This document shows positions 57,901 through 64,000 of a stretch of DNA of 64,000 nt, piece after piece; positions within the stretch are counted from its first letter, which is position 1; the number at the start of each line of letters is the position of its first letter. Under the pieces are notes generated by a model, which saw only the letters and a program-made list of their open reading frames with translations, had not been told where the DNA came from and did no database searches. The stretch is from assembly GCA_964016885.1 (NCBI GenBank), contig OZ024752.1, positions 23,188,001-23,252,000 on the forward strand, in the 5' to 3' direction. The DNA is from Eledone cirrhosa. Taxonomy: Eukaryota. The position numbers and the translations under genes are program-made.

Positions 57901-60900
57901 AGCGACTGTCATTCTACCTGACGTTCTAGTGACTGTAACTTTATCTGACGTGCTAACGACTGTCATTCTATCTGACGTTCTAACGACTGTCATTTTATCT
58001 GACGTCCTAACGACTGTCATTCTATCTGACGTGCTAACAACTGTCATTCTATCTGACGTTCTAACGACTGTCATTCTATTTCACGTTATAAAGACTGTCA
58101 TTCTATCTGACATTCTAGCGATTGTCATTCTATCTGACGTTCTAACCACGGTCATTCTATCTGACGTCCTAGCGACTGTCATTCTATCTGACGTTCTAAC
58201 TACTGTCATTCTATCTGACGTTCTAGCGATTGTCATCCTATCTGACTTTCTAACGACTGTCATTCTATCTGACGTTCTAACGACTGTCATTCTATCTGAC
58301 GTCCCAGCGACTGTCATTCTATCTAATATTCTAGCGACTGTCATTCTATCTGACGTTCTAACAACTGTCATTCTATCTGACGTTCTAACAACTGTCATTC
58401 TATCTGACGTTCTAATGACTGTCATTCTATCTGACATTCTAGCAACTGTCATTCTATCTAACGTTCTAACAACTGTCATTCTATCTGACGTTCTAGCGAC
58501 TGTCATTCTACCTGACATTCTAGCAACTGTCATTCTATCTAACGTTCTAACAACTGTCATTCTATCTGACGTTCTAGCGACTGTCATTCTGTCAGACATT
58601 CTAACGACTGTCATTCTATCTGACGTTCTAGCGACTGTCATTCTACCTGACGTTCTAGTGACTGTAACTTTATCTGACGTGCTAACGACTGTCATTCTAT
58701 CTGACGTTCTAACGACTGTCATTTTATCTGCCGTTTTAGAGACTGTCAGTCTATCTGACGTGCTAACAACTGTCATTCTATCTGACGTTCTAACGACTGT
58801 CATTCTATTTCACGTTATAAAGACTGTCATCCTATCTGACATTCTAGCGATTGTCATTCTATCTGACGTTCTAACCACGGTCATTCTATCTGACGTCCTA
58901 GCGACTGTCATTCTATCTGACGTTCTAACTACTGTCATTCTATCTGACGTTCTAGCGATTGTCATCCTATCTGATTTTCTAACGACTGTCATTCTATCTG
59001 ACGTCCTAGCAACTGTCATTCTATCTAATATTCTAGCGACTGTCATTCTATCTGACGTTCTAACAACTGTCATTCTATCTGACGTTCTAACAACTGTCAT
59101 TCTATCTGACGTTCTAATGACTGTCATTCTATCTGACATTCTAGCAACTGTCATTCTATCTAACGTTCTAACAAATATCATTCTATCTGACGTTCTAGCG
59201 ACTGTCATTCTATCTGACGTTCTAACGACTGTCATTCTACCTGACATTCTAGCAACTGTCATTCTACCTGACGTTCTAACAACTGTCATTCTATCTGACG
59301 TTCTAACGATTGTCATTCTACCTGATGTTCTAACCACTGTCATTCTATCTGACGTTCTAGCGACTATCATTCCATCTGACGTTCTAACGACTCTCATTCT
59401 ATCTGACGTCCTAGCGACTGTCATTCTATCTGACGTTCTAACGACTGTCATTCTATCTGACGTTCTAGAGACTGTTATTCTATCTGAATTTCTAACGACT
59501 GTCATTCTATCTGACGTTCTAACGTCTGTCATTTGATCTGATGTTCTAACGATTCTCATTCTATATGACGTTCTAGCGACTGTCATTCCATCTGACGTTC
59601 TAACGACTGTCATTCTATCTGCCGTTTTAGAGACTGTCATTCTATCTTACGTTCTAACAACTGTCATTCTATCTGACGTTCTAACGACTGTCATTCTATC
59701 TGATGTTCTAACGACTGTCATTCTATATGACGTTCTAGCGACTGTCACTCTATCTTAGTTCTAATAACTGTCATTCTATCTGACGACCTAGCGACTGTCA
59801 TCCTATATGATTTTCTAACGACTGTCATTCTATCTGACGTTTTAACGACTGTCATTCTATCTGACGTTCTAGCGATTGTCATCCTATCTGACGTTCTAAC
59901 GACTGTCATTCTATCTGGCGTTCTAATGACTGTCATTCTATCTGACATTATAGCAACTGTCATTCTATCTAACGTTCTAACCACTGTCATTCTATCTGAC
60001 GTTCTAGCGATTGTCATGCTATCTGACTATCTGACGACTGTCATTCTATCTGACGTTCTAGCGATTGTTATCCTATCTGACGTTCTAACGACTGTCATTC
60101 TATCTGACGTTCTAATGACTGTCATTCTATCTGACATTCTAGCAACTGTCATTCTATCTAACGTTCTAACAACTGTCATTCTATCTGACATTCTAGCGAC
60201 TGTCATTCTATCTGACGTTCTAACAACTGTCATTCTATCTGACGTTCTAACGACTGTCATTCTATTTCACGTTATAAAGACTGTCATTCTATCTGACATT
60301 CTAGCGATTGTCATTCTATCTGACGTTCTAACCACGGTCATTCTATCTGACGTCCTAGCGACTGTCATTCTATCTGACGTTCTAACTACTGTCATTCTAT
60401 CTGACGTTCTAGCGATTGTCATCCTATCTGATTTTCTAACGACTGTCATTCTATCTGACGTTCTAACGACTGTCATTCTATCTGACGCCCTAGCGACTGT
60501 CATTCTATCTAATATTCTAGCGACTGTCATTCTATCTGACGTTCTAAGAACTGTCATTCTATCTGACGTTCTAACAACTGTCATTCTATCTGACGTTCTA
60601 ATGACTGTCATTCTATCTGACATTCTAGCAACTGTCATTCTATCTAACGTTCTAACAACTATCATTCTATCTGACGTTCTAGCGACTGTCATTCTATCTG
60701 ACGTTCTAACGACTGTCATTCTACCTGACATTCTAGCAACTGTCATTCTACCTGACGTTCTAACAACTGTCATTCTATCTGACGTTCTAACGATTGTCAT
60801 TCTACCTGACGTTCTAACCACTGTCATTCTATCTGACGTTCTAGCGACTATCATTCCATCTGACGTTCTAACGACTCTCATTCTATCTGACGTCCTAGCG

Positions 60901-63900
60901 ACTGTCATTCTATCTGACGTTCTAACGACTGTCATTCTATCTGACGTTCTAGAGACTGTTATTCTATCTGAATTTCTAACGACTGTCATTCTATCTGACG
61001 TTCTAACGTCTGTCATTTGATCTGATGTTCTAACGATTCTCATTCTATATGACGTTCTAACAACTGTCATTCTATCTGACGTTCTAATGACTGTCATTCT
61101 ATCTGACATTCTAGCAACTGTCATTCTATCTAACGTTCTAACAACTGTCATTCTATCTGACGTTCTAGCGACTGTCATTCTACCTGACATTCTAGCAACT
61201 GTCATTCTATCTAACGTTCTAACAACTGTCATTCTATCTGACGTTCTAGCGACTGTCATTCTGTCAGACATTCTAACGACTGTCATTCTATCTGACGTTC
61301 TAGCGACTGTCATTCTACCTGACGTTCTAGTGACTGTAACTTTATCTGACGTGCTAACGACTGTCATTCTATCTGACGTTCTAACGACTGTCATTTTATC
61401 TGCCGTTTTAGAGACTGTCAGTCTATCTGACGTGCTAACAACTGTCATTCTATCTGACGTTCTAACGACTGTCATTCTATTTCACGTTATAAAGACTGTC
61501 ATCCTATCTGACATTCTAGCGATTGTCATTCTATCTGACGTTCTAACCACGGTCATTCTATCTGACGTCCTAGCGACTGTCATTCTATCTGACGTTCTAA
61601 CTACTGTCATTCTATCTGACGTTCTAGCGATTGTCATCCTATCTGATTTTCTAACGACTGTCATTCTATCTGACGTCCTAGCAACTGTCATTCTATCTAA
61701 TATTCTAGCGACTGTCATTCTATCTGACGTTCTAACAACTGTCATTCTATCTGACGTTCTAACAACTGTCATTCTATCTGATGTTCTAACGATTGTCATT
61801 CTATCTGACATTCTAGCAACTGTCATTCTATCTAACGTTCTAACAACTGTCATTCTATCTGACGTTCTAGCGACTGTCATTCTATCTGACGTTCTAACAA
61901 CTGTCATTCTATCTAACGTTCTAACGACTGTCATTATATCTGACGTTCTAGCGACTGTCATTCTATCTGACATTTTAACGACTGTCATTCTATCTGACGT
62001 GCTAACGATTCCATTCTATCTGACTTTCTAGCGACTGTAACTTTATCTGACGTGCTAACGACTGCCATTCTACCTGACGTTCTAGCGACTGTCATTCTAT
62101 GTGACGTTCTAACAACTGTCATTCTATCTGACGTTCTAACGATTGTCATTCTATCAGACGTTCAAGCGACTGTCATTCTATTTCACGTTATAAAGACTGT
62201 CATTCTATCTGACATTCTAGCGATTGTCATTCTATCTGACATTCTAACAATTGTCATTCTATCTGACGTTCTAATGACTGTCATTCTATCTTACATTCTA
62301 TCTAACGTTCTAACAACTGTCATTCTATCTGACGTTCTAACCAATGTCATTCTATCTGACGTTCTAGCGATTGTCATTTTCTCTGACGTTCTAGTGACCG
62401 TCATTCTATCTGACGTTCTAACGACTGTCATTCTATATGACGTTCAAGCGACTGTCATTCTATCTGACGTTCTAACCACTGTCATTCTATCTGACATTCT
62501 AGATATTGTCATTCTATCTGACGTTCTAACAACTGTCATTCCATCTGACGTTCTAATGACTGTCATTCTATATGACATTCTAGCAACTGTCATTCTATCT
62601 AACGTTCTAACCACTGTCATTCTATCTGATGTTCTAGCGACTGTCATTCCATCTGACGTTCTAACGACTGTCATTCTATCTGATGTTCTAACGACTGTCA
62701 TTCTATCTGACGTTCTAGAGACTGTTATTCTATCTGAATTTCTAACGACTGTCAATCTATCTGACGTTCTAACGTCTGTCATTTGATCTGATGTTCGAAC
62801 GATTCTCATTCTATATGACGTTCTAGCGACTGTCATTCTATCTGACGTTCTAACGACTGTCATTCAATCTGACGTTCTAATGACTGTCATTCTATCTGAC
62901 ATTCTAGCAACTGTCATTCTATCTAACGTTCTAACAACTGTCATTCTATCTGACATTCTAGCGACTGTCAATCTATCTGACGTTCTAACGACTGTCATTC
63001 TATTTGACGTTCTAACAACTGTCATTCTATCTGACGTACTAACGACTGTCATTCTATCTGATGTTCTAACGATTGTCATTCTATCTGACATTCTAGCAAC
63101 TGTCATTCTATCTAACGTTCTAACAACTGTCATTCTATCTGACGTTCTAGCGACTGTCATTCTATTTGACGTTCTAACAACTGTCATTCTATCTAACGTT
63201 CTAATGACTGTCATTATATCTGACGTTCTAGCGACTGTCATTCTATCAGACATTTTAGCGACTGTCATTCTATCTGACGTGCTAACGACTGCCATTCTAC
63301 CTGACGTTCTAGCGACTGTCATTCTATGTGACGTTCTAACAACTGTCATTCTATCTGACGTTCTAACGATTGTCATTCTATCAGACGTTCAAGCGACTGT
63401 CATTCTATTTCACGTTATAAAGACTGTCATTCTATCTGACATTCTAGCGATTGTCATTCTATCTGACATTCTAACAATTGTCATTCTATCTGACGTTCTA
63501 ATAACTGTCATTCTATCTTACATTCTATCTAACGTTCTAACAACTGTCATTCTATCTGACGTTCTAACCAATGTCATTCTATCTGACGTTCTAGCGATTG
63601 TCATTTTCTCTGACGTTCTAGTGACTGTCATTCTATCTGACGTTCTAACGACTGTCATTCTATATGACGTTCAAGCGACTGTCATTCTATCTGACGTTCT
63701 AACCACTGTCATTCTATCTGACATTCTAGATATTGTCATTCTATCTGACGTTCTAACAACTGTCATTCTATCTGACGTTCTAATCACTGTCATTCTATCT
63801 GACATTCTAGCAACTGACATTCTCTCTGAAGTTCTAGCGACTGTCATTCTATCTGATGTTCTAACGATTGTCATTCTATCTGACATTCTAGCAACTGTCA

Positions 63901-64000
63901 TTCTATCTAACGTTCTAACAACTGTCATTACATCTGACGTTCTAACGACTGTCATTCTATCTGACGTTCTAGAGACTGTTATTCTATCTGAATTTCTAAC
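55000..64000. repeat. Right-hand sub-domain with its own variant set and shuffled sub-kb to kb blocks
   Basis: New markers TCTGAATTT, ATTTGATCTGATG (~56124, 59531, 61015, 62781), ACTACT and GTCAGTCTA appear. Block offsets are 729, 1484, 2186, 2672 and 1227 bp. Confidence 0.75.
62044..63765. repeat. Partial duplication at 1,227-bp offset (45x27+12)
   Basis: ATCAGACGTTCAAG, TCTTACATTCTATCT, TATGACGTTCAAG and CTAGATATT recur at 1,227-bp spacing (ORF ends 62444/63671). Confidence 0.8.

Larger units (their letters stand above)
1..64000. repeat. 27-bp tandem satellite array (~2,370 monomers), head-to-tail, single orientation, extends beyond both window edges
   Basis: Consensus ACTGTCATTCTATCTGACGTTCTAACG recurs throughout, mostly with 0-2 substitutions per copy. 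I saw no non-repeat insert or reverse-complement copy. 64000/27 is about 2,370. Confidence 0.99.

Noticed and set aside
70-62786. Plus-strand ORFs of 60-696 aa (TVILSDVLT repeats) as genes for membrane or repeat proteins
   Set aside because: They result from a 27-bp monomer with one stop-free frame. They start at variant ATG/GTG codons, end mostly at 1-bp frameshifts, have no unique N- or C-terminal domain, and many common variants are nonsynonymous.
141-63955. Minus-strand ORFs (MTVVRTSDR repeats), including the recurrent 63-aa ORF
   Set aside because: They are the antisense reading of the same repeat. The 63-aa ORF is simply the interval between two inherited 1-bp deletions.
1-64000. CRISPR array (27 bp is within the repeat size range and has weak dyads)
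   Set aside because: Monomers abut directly with no unique spacers, leader or cas genes.
1-64000. Telomerase-made long telomeric repeat (as in some budding yeasts)
   Set aside because: There is no G-run telomeric core, and kb-scale inherited variant patterns imply recombination or duplication rather than templated addition. A subtelomeric location is not excluded.
1-64000. Antigenic-variation cassette library, diversity-generating retroelement or information-coding array
   Set aside because: No expression site, recombinase, reverse transcriptase or adenine-specific variation is visible. The variant order is explained by nested duplications.
1-64000. Assignment to a named satellite family, organism, or CENP-B box
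   Set aside because: I do not recognise the monomer and saw no CENP-B box match. A database search is required.

Overview
The whole 64-kb window is one uninterrupted, single-orientation tandem array of a 27-bp monomer (consensus ACTGTCATTCTATCTGACGTTCTAACG, 11/27 GC), about 2,370 copies, running off both ends. I saw no unique sequence, gene, RNA gene, transposon, CRISPR spacer or inversion. All listed ORFs are by-products of a monomer length divisible by 3 (+ frame TVILSDVLT, - frame MTVVRTSDR) and are not called as genes. The interest lies in the nested architecture. The monomer is built from C-initial tetramers (CTGT CATT CTAT / CTGA CGTT CTAA / CGA), i.e. two related 12-mers plus 3 bp. Variant monomers form an ordered cassette recurring about every 1.6-5.6 kb. 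In 1-18.5 kb these form a regular A/B higher-order repeat with a 5,094-bp dimer period. To the right they form a patchwork of nested duplications (1,483, ~4,200, 1,888, ~9,600, ~2,500-2,600 and 1,227 bp) whose relative order can partly be read from shared indels. Frequent CpG->TpG/CpA variants suggest a CpG-methylated eukaryotic satellite. Organism and function cannot be determined from the sequence, and I found no supportable coding system.
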